A program made the position numbers and the translations under genes. A stretch of DNA of 47,156 bases, taken from positions 1-47,156 of the forward strand of contig JAQBAU010000059.1 of the NCBI GenBank assembly GCA_032126655.1, read 5' to 3'. The stretch is from Desulfobacterales bacterium (GTDB lineage Bacteria > Desulfobacterota > Desulfobacteria > Desulfobacterales > C00003060). This document shows positions 1 to 9,146 of the stretch, piece after piece. The notes beneath the pieces were generated by a model. That model saw only the letters and a program-made list of their open reading frames with translations, was not told the origin of the DNA and made no database searches. Position 1 is the first letter of the stretch, and the number at the start of each line of letters is the position of its first letter.

Positions 1-23
1 TATCGGATACTGAGAAGAGCATA

Positions 24-167
24 GAACCCATCTCAAAAATGCGTCTAAGGGCCCATTGCGGCGTTGGGGGCTGGGTCAAAATTGTCACATACTTAACGTG
101 TTTTGTCCGCGATTTCGCCACCCCGCGCCTTGCCCTGAACCCAGATACACACTTTTGAGATGGGTTC
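24..167. mobile_element. MITE-like element, copy A
   Basis: Perfect 15-bp terminal inverted repeats GAACCCATCTCAAAA (24-38) and TTTTGAGATGGGTTC (153-167), with no ORF. Internal motifs TCACATACT and CGCCTTGCCCT match copies at 9147 and 19232 in reverse orientation. Confidence 0.7.
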
Positions 168-198
168 CAGTTTCTTGTCGCAGAATTTACTACTATCT

Positions 199-1107
199 CT
201 ATTCTTTCAATGTTACGTGACTAATCCTGTCAAACTCTATTCGAAGCACCCCGAAGGCCTCAGCCCGGTCGTTGAAGAGCTTCTTGATATGAACCTCCCC
301 GATCTTGGGGCCGGAGACTAGATAAACTTCTCCTCCATAACCCTTGATCGGTTCACCCGCTTCAAACACCTCCAACATGTCTCCCACCTCTAGGCCAACA
401 TCCGTGCCAGCGGACAGGATATACGTGTTCTCTGAAACAGACGTGAAGTATCCCTTCCAAGGCTTCTCGCTGACCAATTCGCAGACGCTTTCACATATTT
501 CAGACGTGGTTTTGTTCAGAAGGCGGTTAGCAATCTCTTGGTGGTATTCGCGCCTCTCCTTTATTTCCAGCCATTCTTTCTCAGAGACGACGACCTCGTC
601 CCGAACGATTTCATCTACAAGGACTGCCGCAGACTCGACATCATAAACCCTCACACGAAGATAAAGCTGCACAATCTTGCAGTCATCTCGAAACCCGTAT
701 ATCCCTCGTTTGTCATCCAGGCATTCCAGTTGAAAAAGGTTCTCCTCCAGAACGGTGTTGAGGCCAAGCGCCCTGCCGAGTTTGGCCAGAACCAAAGTGT
801 TGAGTTGGCCAGAGGGAAGACGGGGAATCTCTTCAAGGAGACCCCGGATCTTCTCTGAATCTACGATGATGATGTCATCACAGAAACTGCCCAAGGTGTT
901 CTCAAATTGCGTCCTTGCCGACTCCTTAAAGACTTCACCGCCATAACCAGTTTTGTTCACGGTCGGGAGGAACGCCATCTTCTTCTTCAACCCTCCACCC
1001 ATGCCTGTGATGTCTGCGGTTATCTTCTTGGTCGTAGCGCATCCCGTAATCAGAAAGACGACCAAGAAACAGAAAACAAGAGCATTTGTACCTTTGTTCC
1101 TTTTCAT
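199..1107 (-). CDS. Lipoprotein with FlgT-C-like C-terminal beta domain
   Basis: Lipobox LITG-C after a hydrophobic signal. The C-terminal W-G...LSAG-D-GL-VGD-LEVF...KIGEV pattern resembles FlgT/CsgG-type proteins. Confidence 0.55.
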   Translation of the reverse strand: MKRNKGTNALVFCFLVVFLITGCATTKKITADITGMGGGLKKKMAFLPTVNKTGYGGEVFKESARTQFENTLGSFCDDIIIVDSEKIRGLLEEIPRLPSGQLNTLVLAKLGRALGLNTVLEENLFQLECLDDKRGIYGFRDDCKIVQLYLRVRVYDVESAAVLVDEIVRDEVVVSEKEWLEIKERREYHQEIANRLLNKTTSEICESVCELVSEKPWKGYFTSVSENTYILSAGTDVGLEVGDMLEVFEAGEPIKGYGGEVYLVSGPKIGEVHIKKLFNDRAEAFGVLRIEFDRISHVTLKE

Positions 1108-1217
1108 TCCCGTTCCTTTCTCCCTTTGCAGGCCATGCGTGTTCGGCTTATGCCAAATGGAGTGAGCAAGATCCAGCTATGAAGCGACTAAAGCATATCA
1201 CTTTGCAAATCAAAATA

Positions 1218-1625
1218 CTAAGTATCCAGAGAGCTTCTATAGGGCTTCAGATCCACCACGGGCGTTCCATCCAATGCATCCAGCCCACGAACCTTGAGTG
1301 TCCGACCTTCTACAGAAAGCACATCCACCAGGCACATCCCGATCGGATTGGGGCGGTCCGGGCTCCGAGTTGCAAAGACACCCCGCTTGGGGATAGCCGG
1401 ATTCCCCCTCGGATGTACCCTGAGGACCTCGCGTTCAGCCATATGAAACCAGCACAGGACAAATAGTTTATCCCCGGCCTGAATGCCGTCCAAGGCCGGG
1501 ACCACGGATTCCTCCATAACGAGCTCTGCCTCCACACCGGTTGGGCGACCCTGGTGTGGGGCTTGGTCTCGGCTCTTTATCGGTGACCGGACCCAGCCGA
1601 CTGGCCTGACTCCATAATCAGTCAC
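1218..1625 (-). CDS. trmO: tRNA m6t6A37 methyltransferase TrmO (TsaA/YaeB family, single domain)
   Basis: Motifs GVFATRSPDRPNPIG and GLDALDGTPVVDLKPY. Confidence 0.9.
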   Translation of the reverse strand: MTDYGVRPVGWVRSPIKSRDQAPHQGRPTGVEAELVMEESVVPALDGIQAGDKLFVLCWFHMAEREVLRVHPRGNPAIPKRGVFATRSPDRPNPIGMCLVDVLSVEGRTLKVRGLDALDGTPVVDLKPYRSSLDT

Positions 1626-1631
1626 AGGGCC

Positions 1632-2042
1632 CTATCCTTCCTCCATGTACTCTACGCGACCGGTAGTTGTAATACCACCTCGGGGTGTGAAGGTCCCGAC
1701 CACCTCCATGTACCTGGGGTGCACGACCGAAACCAGGTCCTCCAGGATTCGATTGACCAAGTGTTCATAGAAGATCCCAACATTTCGATACTGTAACAGG
1801 TAGTATTTCACGGATTTCAACTCAATGATTTTGTCCTTTGGCGTGTAACGAATCGTAATGCACCCGAAATCCGGGAGGCCCGATATTGGACATACAGAGG
1901 TGAATTCTGGCTGGTCTATCTCGATCTCTATGTCCCTCTCCCCTTTGTACCCGTATTCGAGCACCTGAAGCACGGCCGAGTCTATGGTGTCAGGGTCTTT
2001 AATGCGGTCAAGTAACGTCTTTTGCATGCCAGGAATCTCCAT
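1632..2042 (-). CDS. queF: preQ0 reductase QueF (unimodular)
   Basis: EFTSVCPISGLPDF (catalytic Cys/Asp), QueF motif ELKSVKYY, and PRGGI. ATG at 2042 follows an AAGGAG SD. Confidence 0.92.
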   Translation of the reverse strand: MEIPGMQKTLLDRIKDPDTIDSAVLQVLEYGYKGERDIEIEIDQPEFTSVCPISGLPDFGCITIRYTPKDKIIELKSVKYYLLQYRNVGIFYEHLVNRILEDLVSVVHPRYMEVVGTFTPRGGITTTGRVEYMEEG

Positions 2043-2640
2043 GGCGACTCCTTTCCGAAGTGAGTGCATAAAACAGGGGGGTGTCCAGGAGGGCGATCAC
2101 CACTTTGGCGACATACTGCCCCAGGATCATTTGTCCAAGATACGGAACGACCCCCCAGAAGGCAATTCCGATGAAGATCACCGAGTCAATGAGCTGACTC
2201 GTCATCGTTGACAAGTTGTTGCGGAGCCATTTATGACGGCCATTGGTTACGCGCTTCCAGAAATGGAAGGCCCACACATCATGTTTCTGGGAGCAAACAT
2301 AGGCAAGCAAAGATGCCAGGACAATTCTCCGGTTGGGACCCAGGAGTACTTCATAGGCAGCCTGCTGTTTGCTCATGAAAGATGCTGGTGGAAGAAGCAT
2401 CCCGGCATAGATGATGAACATGGCAAACACAGAGGCTAACAGCCCATACCATACGGTTCGGTCGGCTTCCTCTTTGCCATACAATTCTCCGATAATGTCT
2501 GTAAACAGAAAGGTGAACGGGTAAATAATGATGGCTGCCGGAAGCACTAGTTTCCAGATGACAATGACCTTGGCTGCGATGATGTTGGAGACAACCAAGC
2601 CAGCGACAAACAGAGACTGTAGAACATGTAGTTTATGCAG
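2008..2640 (-). CDS. yhhQ: Queuosine precursor transporter, VUT/YhhQ family; start uncertain
   Basis: Motifs SNIIAAK, YPFTFLFTDIIGELYG, RIVLASLLAY, WLRNNLSTMTSQLIDS and DTP. The frame is open to the TGA at 2670-2668. The TTG at 2598 would cut TM1, so CTG 2640 is proposed. Confidence 0.85.
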   Translation of the reverse strand: MHKLHVLQSLFVAGLVVSNIIAAKVIVIWKLVLPAAIIIYPFTFLFTDIIGELYGKEEADRTVWYGLLASVFAMFIIYAGMLLPPASFMSKQQAAYEVLLGPNRRIVLASLLAYVCSQKHDVWAFHFWKRVTNGRHKWLRNNLSTMTSQLIDSVIFIGIAFWGVVPYLGQMILGQYVAKVVIALLDTPLFYALTSERSRHGDSWHAKDVT

Positions 2641-2757
2641 TTTTATCCGTCTGATGGTTCGAAAACCTCAGGTCATAGATTCCTGGCGTAAGGAACGAGT
2701 TCCCGTCGTGACTGCCCACTCGGAACCGCCGCGCAGGTAGGTGAGGACCCACTCTTT
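2633..2757 (-). promoter_or_regulatory. Structured 5' leader of yhhQ-queF-trmO, candidate cis-regulator
   Basis: Mutually exclusive GUUCC/GGAAC/GUUCCU/AGGAAU pairings, a UUCG hairpin, an in-frame start-stop, and an overlapping uORF. Confidence 0.5.
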
Positions 2758-2762
2758 CGTGT

Positions 2763-2791
2763 CCTATAGCACAGCCAACCCTGGAGTGAAA
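2763..2791 (-). promoter_or_regulatory. Putative sigma70 promoter for yhhQ-queF-trmO
   Basis: TTTCAC-N17-TATAGG with an extended -10 (TGTGCTATAG). Confidence 0.4.
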
Positions 2792-2840
2792 GACCGAGCC
2801 TTTTATAGGCGGACATTGGACAAATCCCCGGTTTCACGTG

Positions 2841-3968
2841 TCAGGCCCCCTTAATCAGACCAGAGCTCTGGTCCCCCCTGTCCAACGTCGAGCAGCCTGA
2901 ATCCGGAACGGGCGACGCCTTGGCATTGCGGCTCCGGGGGCTGAGTTGCCCGCAGGCTGCGCAGATGTCAGCCCCCTTACTGTGACGGATCACTGCGGTG
3001 TAGTGGCGAGACATGAGAACCTCCTGAAAGGCTGAAATCACCCCTTCATCCGGCCTCTCAAATTCCGTCCCATCAAAAGGATTGAAGGGTATCAAATTGA
3101 TTTTAGCCCGCAAAGGTCTCAGCAACTTGGCCAAACGCTCGGCATCTTCAGGCGCATCGTTTACCCCCGCGATCAGAACGTATTCAAACATGATCGTACG
3201 CCTGGCGGCGAGTGGAAATCTGCGACAGGCAGACAGGAGCGTTTCAAGCGGATAGGTTCGGTTAATGGGCATCAACCTGCTTCGGGTATCGTTGTCTGCG
3301 GCATTCAAGGACACGGCGAGGTTGACCATGACATCTCGTCCCAAGTCATCAATCCCGGGAGGCAATCCCGCTGTGGAAAGCGTGACCCGGCGATTCGAAA
3401 ACTGGAGTGCGTTATTCCCTAATATTGTCCGGATCGCCTGCACAACATTCTGGTAATTGGCAAGCGGTTCTCCCATCCCCATTAATACAACATTGGTCAA
3501 GGGGATTTCTCCCGGAAGATCATCCCGCACGGTACAGACCTGACCGATGATTTCCTGAGGCTCAAGGTTCCGTACGAAGCCGCCCCGGCCGGTGAGGCAA
3601 AACGCACATCCCATGCCACACCCTACCTGAGTCGATATGCACAGGGTCCAGTGGCCTGGCTCAGGAATCAGGACACTTTCGATGTGCTGGCCGTCCTGCA
3701 GCCGGAAAAGGTATTTTCTGGAACCATCCTCGGAGGTCTGAACCTGTTCCACCTCAAGTCGGCTTACAACCAGCCGTTCGGAAAGAAAACCCCTGAGGTC
3801 TTTGGATAGATCTGTCATTTCTGAGAAAGAATAGACGCCCTTGTGGTAGATCCACCTGAGAATCTGGCCAGCCCGATAGGAAGGAATACCGTGCTGTCCC
3901 AACCAGTGGATGAGGGATTCCTCAGAGAAACCTTTTATATCTTGTTGGTCAGACATCAGGGTGAACAC
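2841..3968 (-). CDS. rlmN: Dual-specificity 23S rRNA m2A2503 / tRNA m2A37 methyltransferase RlmN
   Basis: Radical SAM CxxxCxxC in STQVGCGMGCAFC, MGMGEPL, and C-terminal AACGQL. Alternative start ATG 3956. Confidence 0.95.
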   Translation of the reverse strand: MFTLMSDQQDIKGFSEESLIHWLGQHGIPSYRAGQILRWIYHKGVYSFSEMTDLSKDLRGFLSERLVVSRLEVEQVQTSEDGSRKYLFRLQDGQHIESVLIPEPGHWTLCISTQVGCGMGCAFCLTGRGGFVRNLEPQEIIGQVCTVRDDLPGEIPLTNVVLMGMGEPLANYQNVVQAIRTILGNNALQFSNRRVTLSTAGLPPGIDDLGRDVMVNLAVSLNAADNDTRSRLMPINRTYPLETLLSACRRFPLAARRTIMFEYVLIAGVNDAPEDAERLAKLLRPLRAKINLIPFNPFDGTEFERPDEGVISAFQEVLMSRHYTAVIRHSKGADICAACGQLSPRSRNAKASPVPDSGCSTLDRGDQSSGLIKGA

Positions 3969-4029
3969 ATCTCCCTAAACGGCACTTTGATGGAGCCTCA
4001 ATCTGGAATCAGATTTCAGAAATATTTTG

Positions 4030-4062
4030 TTGACAGACATTTTAGATGATAATAAATATAAT
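4030..4062 (+). promoter_or_regulatory. Putative sigma70 promoter of the ffh operon
   Basis: TTGACA at 4030, an AT-rich -10 region (TAAATA at N17; TATAAT at 4057), just upstream of ffh. Confidence 0.55.
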
Positions 4063-4087
4063 AGTTTTCACATAATAGGTAATTGTC

Positions 4088-5419
4088 ATGTTTGAAAATC
4101 TTACCGACAAATTGAACGTGGCCTTCAAGAAGCTCAAGGGCCACGGCAAGTTAACTGAACAGAACATCGAAGCAGGGCTGAAGGACGTCCGCCTGGCCCT
4201 TCTCGAAGCTGATGTTCACTATAAGGTTGTCAAGGACCTTATCGCGGCTATCAGGGAACGTGCCGTCGGTCAGGAGGTGCTGGCTAGCCTGACACCAGGA
4301 CAGCAGGTTGTCAAGATCGTTAATGACGAGCTTACCCAGCTCATGGGAAGCAAGCACGAAGAGTTGTGCTTGACCGGTACCCAAACTGCTGTGATCATGC
4401 TCGTAGGTCTCCAAGGGTCGGGGAAAACCACGACAGCGGGTAAGTTGGCCAAATTCCTTAAGGGTCTTCATCGGAGGCCGTATCTGGTCCCTGCCGACCC
4501 TTACCGCCCTGCAGCCATGGACCAGCTGAAGAAGATCGGAAGCCAGGTGGGCGCCGAGGTCTTTCCAGCCACCCCGGACATGGACCCGGTAGACATTTGT
4601 CGAGATGCCATGCAGGCGGCACGACAGAGTGGTTTTGACACCCTTATTGTTGACACGGCGGGACGTCTTCATATTGACGAGACATTGATGGCTGAGTTGA
4701 TCCAGATCAAAGAGACCGTTCGTCCCACCGAGATTCTGCTGGTAGCCGACGCCATGACCGGACAAGATGCCGTAAATATTGCAAAGACCTTCAACGACAT
4801 CTTGGACATAGGGGGTGTGATCCTCACAAAGATGGAAGGGGATGCCCGTGGCGGGGCAGCCATTTCGATAAAGACGATCACTTCCAAGCCAATCAAGTTT
4901 GTGGGTGTGGGTGAGAAATTGGACGCCCTGGAACCTTTCCATCCCGATCGTATGGCATCCCGGATTTTGGGTATGGGCGATATGCTTTCTCTGATTGAGA
5001 AAGCCCAGATGGGTATTGATGAAAAGAAAGCTCAGGAACTCGAAAAGAAGCTCCGTAGAAGCGAGTTCACCTTAGAGGATTTTCGCGACCAGATGACACA
5101 GATCAGAAAGATGGGTTCCTTAGAAGACCTGCTGGCGATGATTCCTGGAATGGGTAAACTCAAGCAACTTAAACAGCTCAAGGTGGACGACGGTGAATTC
5201 GTGCGTATTACTGCTATCATTGACTCTATGACTGTTGGAGAACGTCGCAACCACGGTACAATAAATGCAAGTCGACGCAAACGGATTGCTAACGGAAGCG
5301 GAACCTCAGTACAGGAAGTAAACCAACTGCTGAAGAATTACGTTCAGGTTCAGAAGATGATAAAGAAGTTAAATAAAGGCGGTCTTCGCTCCATGGGGCG
5401 GAGCCCATTGCCTTTCTAA
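4088..5419 (+). CDS. ffh: Signal recognition particle protein Ffh
   Basis: GLQGSGKTT, DTAGR, DAMTGQ, and M-domain SRRKRIANGSG. Confidence 0.98.
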   Translation: MFENLTDKLNVAFKKLKGHGKLTEQNIEAGLKDVRLALLEADVHYKVVKDLIAAIRERAVGQEVLASLTPGQQVVKIVNDELTQLMGSKHEELCLTGTQTAVIMLVGLQGSGKTTTAGKLAKFLKGLHRRPYLVPADPYRPAAMDQLKKIGSQVGAEVFPATPDMDPVDICRDAMQAARQSGFDTLIVDTAGRLHIDETLMAELIQIKETVRPTEILLVADAMTGQDAVNIAKTFNDILDIGGVILTKMEGDARGGAAISIKTITSKPIKFVGVGEKLDALEPFHPDRMASRILGMGDMLSLIEKAQMGIDEKKAQELEKKLRRSEFTLEDFRDQMTQIRKMGSLEDLLAMIPGMGKLKQLKQLKVDDGEFVRITAIIDSMTVGERRNHGTINASRRKRIANGSGTSVQEVNQLLKNYVQVQKMIKKLNKGGLRSMGRSPLPF

Positions 5420-5436
5420 GGAGGAATTGTATTCGA

Positions 5437-5697
5437 ATGTCGGTAAAAATTAGATTGGCCAGGTATGGCGCAAAAAAGAAACCTTACTATCGAATCGTGG
5501 TGGCCTCTACTGATGCGCCTCGCGATGGCAAATTTCTCGAGCTTGTGGGGACCTACGATCCCTTGAAGGAGCCGGCTGCAGTCACGTTGAAGCAAGACCG
5601 CGTGAAGGCGTGGCTTGATAAAGGAGCCTTGCCTACTGCAACAGTAAAAAGCCTACTAAAAAAAGAAGGCTTCTTTTCAAAAACAGCAAATGCTTGA
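5437..5697 (+). CDS. rpsP: 30S ribosomal protein S16
   Basis: MSVKIRLAR..KKPYYRIVV..PRDG, plus synteny. Confidence 0.98.
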   Translation: MSVKIRLARYGAKKKPYYRIVVASTDAPRDGKFLELVGTYDPLKEPAAVTLKQDRVKAWLDKGALPTATVKSLLKKEGFFSKTANA

Positions 5698-5772
5698 GAC
5701 GGGCTTTGCACAGTAGCAGACCTTTGTTCGGAATGGCGTTATTTCTTGTAACTCTCTCAGGAGGTCGGGACG

Positions 5773-6003
5773 ATGAAGGAGTTGATCAAGTATATAGCTC
5801 AAGCGCTAGTCGATTTTCCCGAGCAGGTTGAAGTCTCAGAGGTGGAAGGCGAACAGACCTCGATCATTGAACTGAAAGTGGCCAAGGAAGATCTGGGGAA
5901 GGTCATCGGCAAGCAAGGCCGTACAGCCCGTTCCATACGGACCATTTTGAGTGCTGCTTCTGCCAAGATTAAAAAGCGGTCCGTCTTGGAGATCATCGAA
6001 TAA
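5773..6003 (+). CDS. khpA: KH-domain RNA-binding protein KhpA (UPF0109)
   Basis: [13 protein letters not shown]; lies between rpsP and rimM. Confidence 0.93.
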   Translation: MKELIKYIAQALVDFPEQVEVSEVEGEQTSIIELKVAKEDLGKVIGKQGRTARSIRTILSAASAKIKKRSVLEIIE

Positions 6004-6009
6004 CGTATC

Positions 6010-6525
6010 ATGGCCGAGGATGTCCTCATCTCAATCGGCAAAGTTGTGGGCACCCACGGGATTAAGGGCTACCTGAGGGTAATCTCCTACGCCGAGTCCA
6101 CAGCGCCATTTGCAGACGGGAGGCAGCTGGCTTTGAGGCAAGTGGGCAAGCCAGTTGCGAGATTCAGAATAGAATCTGCCCGTCCCCATAAGCGTGGTCT
6201 TCTCCTGGCCCTAGAGGGTATTACTTCGGTTGATACAGCAAAAGAATGGGTAGGCTACGAACTGTGCATCGACAGGGCTTCGCTTCCTGAACCTGAACAA
6301 GATACATACTACTGGGATCAAATCATCGGCTTGGACGTGTTTACGGTGGATGGCCGACGTCTGGGTCGAGTGGAAAGCATTTTCCCCACTGGGAGTAATG
6401 ACGTTTATGTCGTCCGTGAGGGAAAGAAGGAGATCTTGATCCCAGCACTTGAGTCCGTCGTAGTTGATATCGATCTCACGGCAAACGCCTTGCGGGTCGA
6501 TCTTCCGGAAGGCCTGGAGAGCTGA
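6010..6525 (+). CDS. rimM: Ribosome maturation factor RimM
   Basis: [31 protein letters not shown]. Confidence 0.95.
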   Translation: MAEDVLISIGKVVGTHGIKGYLRVISYAESTAPFADGRQLALRQVGKPVARFRIESARPHKRGLLLALEGITSVDTAKEWVGYELCIDRASLPEPEQDTYYWDQIIGLDVFTVDGRRLGRVESIFPTGSNDVYVVREGKKEILIPALESVVVDIDLTANALRVDLPEGLES

Positions 6526-6554
6526 TCGGGGGAGGCATTCCCCTACTTCAACGA

Positions 6555-7319
6555 ATGACTTTCACGGTTCTTACGATATTTCCTGAGATGTTTTTCGCCC
6601 TCCTTGCGGGTGGGATTGTGAAGAGGGCGATTGAGGATGAGCGTATATCAGTTGAATCGATAAATATCAGGGACTTCGCCAAAGATACGCACCGTACCGT
6701 GGACGACCGGCCCTACGGGGGAGGTTCCGGGATGGTGATGAAACCAGAGCCAATGGCAGAAGCTATTCGAGAGGCCAAGAAAAGGCATCCTGATGCAAAG
6801 ACACTTCTGCTTACGCCTCAGGGTCGACGTTTCAACCAAGCGGTGGCCCAAGAGCTTGCCGGATGCCCCGGGGTTGTCCTGGTCTGCGGCCGCTATGAAG
6901 GTGTGGACGAAAGAGTCAGAGAGCATCTTGTTGATGACGAAGTTTCTATCGGAGATTATGTGCTGACCGGCGGTGAACTTGCAGCCATGGTGATAATTGA
7001 CGCAGTGAGCCGATTGATCCCCGGCACACTCGGCAGTGAGGACTCAGCCCAGGAGGACTCGTTCTCAGCCGGGTTATTAGAGTATCCGCAGTATACGCGG
7101 CCCAACTCTTTTGAGAGTGCCGATGTGCCGGACGTGTTACTCTCCGGTAACCACGGTGCCGTTAAGGAGTGGCGAAGACGGGCCTCACTGGTTCGCACAG
7201 TCCTTAACAGGCCAGACTTGCTGATGGATCATCCTCTGACGCCGGACGACATGGCGTATATGAAGAAGCTTCAGCAGGACATAGATACTATTATAGATAA
7301 GAATTCCATAACGCCTTGA
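6555..7319 (+). CDS. trmD: tRNA m1G37 methyltransferase TrmD
   Basis: [38 protein letters not shown]. Confidence 0.97.
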   Translation: MTFTVLTIFPEMFFALLAGGIVKRAIEDERISVESINIRDFAKDTHRTVDDRPYGGGSGMVMKPEPMAEAIREAKKRHPDAKTLLLTPQGRRFNQAVAQELAGCPGVVLVCGRYEGVDERVREHLVDDEVSIGDYVLTGGELAAMVIIDAVSRLIPGTLGSEDSAQEDSFSAGLLEYPQYTRPNSFESADVPDVLLSGNHGAVKEWRRRASLVRTVLNRPDLLMDHPLTPDDMAYMKKLQQDIDTIIDKNSITP

Positions 7320-7894
7320 CAGTCCCTGACAACTTTTACCTGGCTCTGATACACCATCCGGTGTATGACAAAAACGGGACAGTTATTGCCTCAGCTGTAA
7401 GCAACCTTGATTTGCACGACATATCAAGGGCAGCAAGAACCTATGGCGTTCGGGCTTTCTACATAGTCACACCACTGGAAGACCAGCGAAGGCTTGTTGA
7501 GCGGATTGTGTCTCACTGGACTGAGGGTGCGGGTGGAGACTATAATCCCGACCGCAGGGACGCATTAGAATTGATCAGGGTGGCGGCCTCTCTGGAGGAT
7601 GTAAGAGACGAGATTGCGCATAACGGTGGAGGCGTGCCGGTAACGGTGGCGACCGATGCAAAGCCTCACCCGCGTAGTATCAGTTATGATGCAATGAGGG
7701 AAATGATAAAAGGTGAACATCCCTACCTCCTCCTTTTCGGTACTGCATGGGGGATGACACCCGAGTACATTGATCAATCGGATCATGTTTTGGCGCCAAT
7801 CATGGCGTACAGCGGATATAATCACTTGTCTGTTCGCTCCGCTGCCGCCATTGTACTTGACAGGCTCTTTGGGAGAGATACACTAGACGCTTAA
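7316..7894 (+). CDS. SPOUT-family RNA methyltransferase, TrmD-associated (DUF2168-like)
   Basis: [39 protein letters not shown]; overlaps the trmD stop. Confidence 0.85.
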   Translation: MTVPDNFYLALIHHPVYDKNGTVIASAVSNLDLHDISRAARTYGVRAFYIVTPLEDQRRLVERIVSHWTEGAGGDYNPDRRDALELIRVAASLEDVRDEIAHNGGGVPVTVATDAKPHPRSISYDAMREMIKGEHPYLLLFGTAWGMTPEYIDQSDHVLAPIMAYSGYNHLSVRSAAAIVLDRLFGRDTLDA

Positions 7895-7971
7895 AATGGG
7901 AAAAACGTGAACTAAAGTGCTTCTATTTAAGCCAATTAGAAGTGGGTATAGCTCACTATATGGGGGAAGAT

Positions 7972-8319
7972 ATGGAACTCGTCACAGCAATTGAAAAGGA
8001 ACAGATGCGGTTTGACCTGCCGTATTTCAAATCCGGCGATACCGTCAAGGTGCATGTGAAAATCAAAGAAGGCAACAAGGAGCGGATTCAGGTCTTCAAA
8101 GGGGTCGTCATAAGGAAGCGCAAAGGGACCACGAACGCCACATTCTCTGTGCGGAAAGTCTCGTACGGGGTTGGGGTAGAACGCATCTTTCCGTTGCATT
8201 CTCCGAATATTGACAAGGTCGAAGTGGTTTCTCGTGGACGAGTCCGTCGGTCGCGTCTTTACTACCTGAGGAAACGCAGAGGCAAGTCGGCCCGGATCAA
8301 GGAACTTCGTCCTGTTTAG
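7972..8319 (+). CDS. rplS: 50S ribosomal protein L19
   Basis: [38 protein letters not shown] 7972 follows GGGGGA. Confidence 0.97.
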   Translation: MELVTAIEKEQMRFDLPYFKSGDTVKVHVKIKEGNKERIQVFKGVVIRKRKGTTNATFSVRKVSYGVGVERIFPLHSPNIDKVEVVSRGRVRRSRLYYLRKRRGKSARIKELRPV

Positions 8320-8365
8320 TTTCTGAACAGGCCACTTCCCGGATCGGCACGATCTCCACAAGTCC

Positions 8366-8426
8366 AACCGGTTTCATAGGGAACCGGTTCAGTATCGACA
8401 ATTGATGATTGAATAGTCAATCGTCA
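8366..8426. repeat. Two short hairpins between rplS and rnhB
   Basis: AACCGGTTTC-ATAG-GGAACCGGTT and TGATGATTGA-ATAG-TCAATCGTCA. Confidence 0.4.
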
Positions 8427-8448
8427 GTGTGCTTTTGGATTATGAGCC

Positions 8449-9090
8449 GTGGATACCCTTCTTGGGGAGTTTGAAAAACAGGTCCGAAAACAGGGGTATT
8501 CAAACATTGCCGGCATCGACGAGGCTGGAAGGGGCCCCCTGGCCGGCCCGGTTGTAGCTGCGGCAGTCATCCTACCTCAACGGTTTTCCCTCCCTCATCT
8601 TGCCGACTCCAAGCGATTAAGTGCCAAAAGGCGAGAGCAGCTATTTGGCTCCATCTACGGCCAAGCCCTCTCTATTGGAATAGGAATGGTCGATCCAGCC
8701 GAGATCGACCGGATTAATATCCTTCAGGCTTCCCTTTTGTCGATGCTCATAGCCACGAACAACCTCAGGCCAACTCCGGACTACTTGTTAGTTGACGGAA
8801 TCTTTCCGATCAGGTCCCGAATCCCCCAACTGGCTATCAAACATGGTGACAGTCGCTCTCCGTCCATCGCGGCAGCATCCATCATCGCCAAGGTGACCCG
8901 GGATCGACTCATGGGATTCTACGACGAGGAGTTTCCTGAATTCGGGTTTTGCAGGAACAAGGGGTATGCCACGGAAGAACATAGGACTGCCATTCGCACC
9001 TTTGGCTGTTGCACCATTCACAGGAAGAGCTTTCGCGGCGTAAGAGAATACACAGAGGGTTTCAACAACCAAAGGCCATTGTTTCCTTAA
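8449..9090 (+). CDS. rnhB: Ribonuclease HII
   Basis: GIDEAGRGPLAGPV, DSK, DG, SIAAASIIAKVTRD. Confidence 0.96.
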   Translation: MDTLLGEFEKQVRKQGYSNIAGIDEAGRGPLAGPVVAAAVILPQRFSLPHLADSKRLSAKRREQLFGSIYGQALSIGIGMVDPAEIDRINILQASLLSMLIATNNLRPTPDYLLVDGIFPIRSRIPQLAIKHGDSRSPSIAAASIIAKVTRDRLMGFYDEEFPEFGFCRNKGYATEEHRTAIRTFGCCTIHRKSFRGVREYTEGFNNQRPLFP

Positions 9091-9146
9091 GCGGCTGCCT
9101 TGTGCTCGCCGTTGCACTGCATCGATTCTCTCTCTTGGTGGAGACT

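Noticed and set aside
2630-2670. Selenocysteine at the yhhQ in-frame UGA
   Set aside because: Not called. The hairpin loop is only 4 nt from the UGA, too close for an E. coli-type SECIS, and there is no Cys-homolog evidence. It is kept only as an alternative.
2651-2672. TGGTTCGAAAACCTC on the plus strand resembles a preQ1-I loop
   Set aside because: It is antisense to yhhQ and lacks the closing P1 stem and A-rich tail. It is explained as the reverse complement of the UUCG hairpin.
4151-4942. Long antisense ORFs (also 7936-8367, 11812-12453, 23613-24227, 42730-43542)
   Set aside because: They are shadow frames of well-supported genes on the opposite strand.
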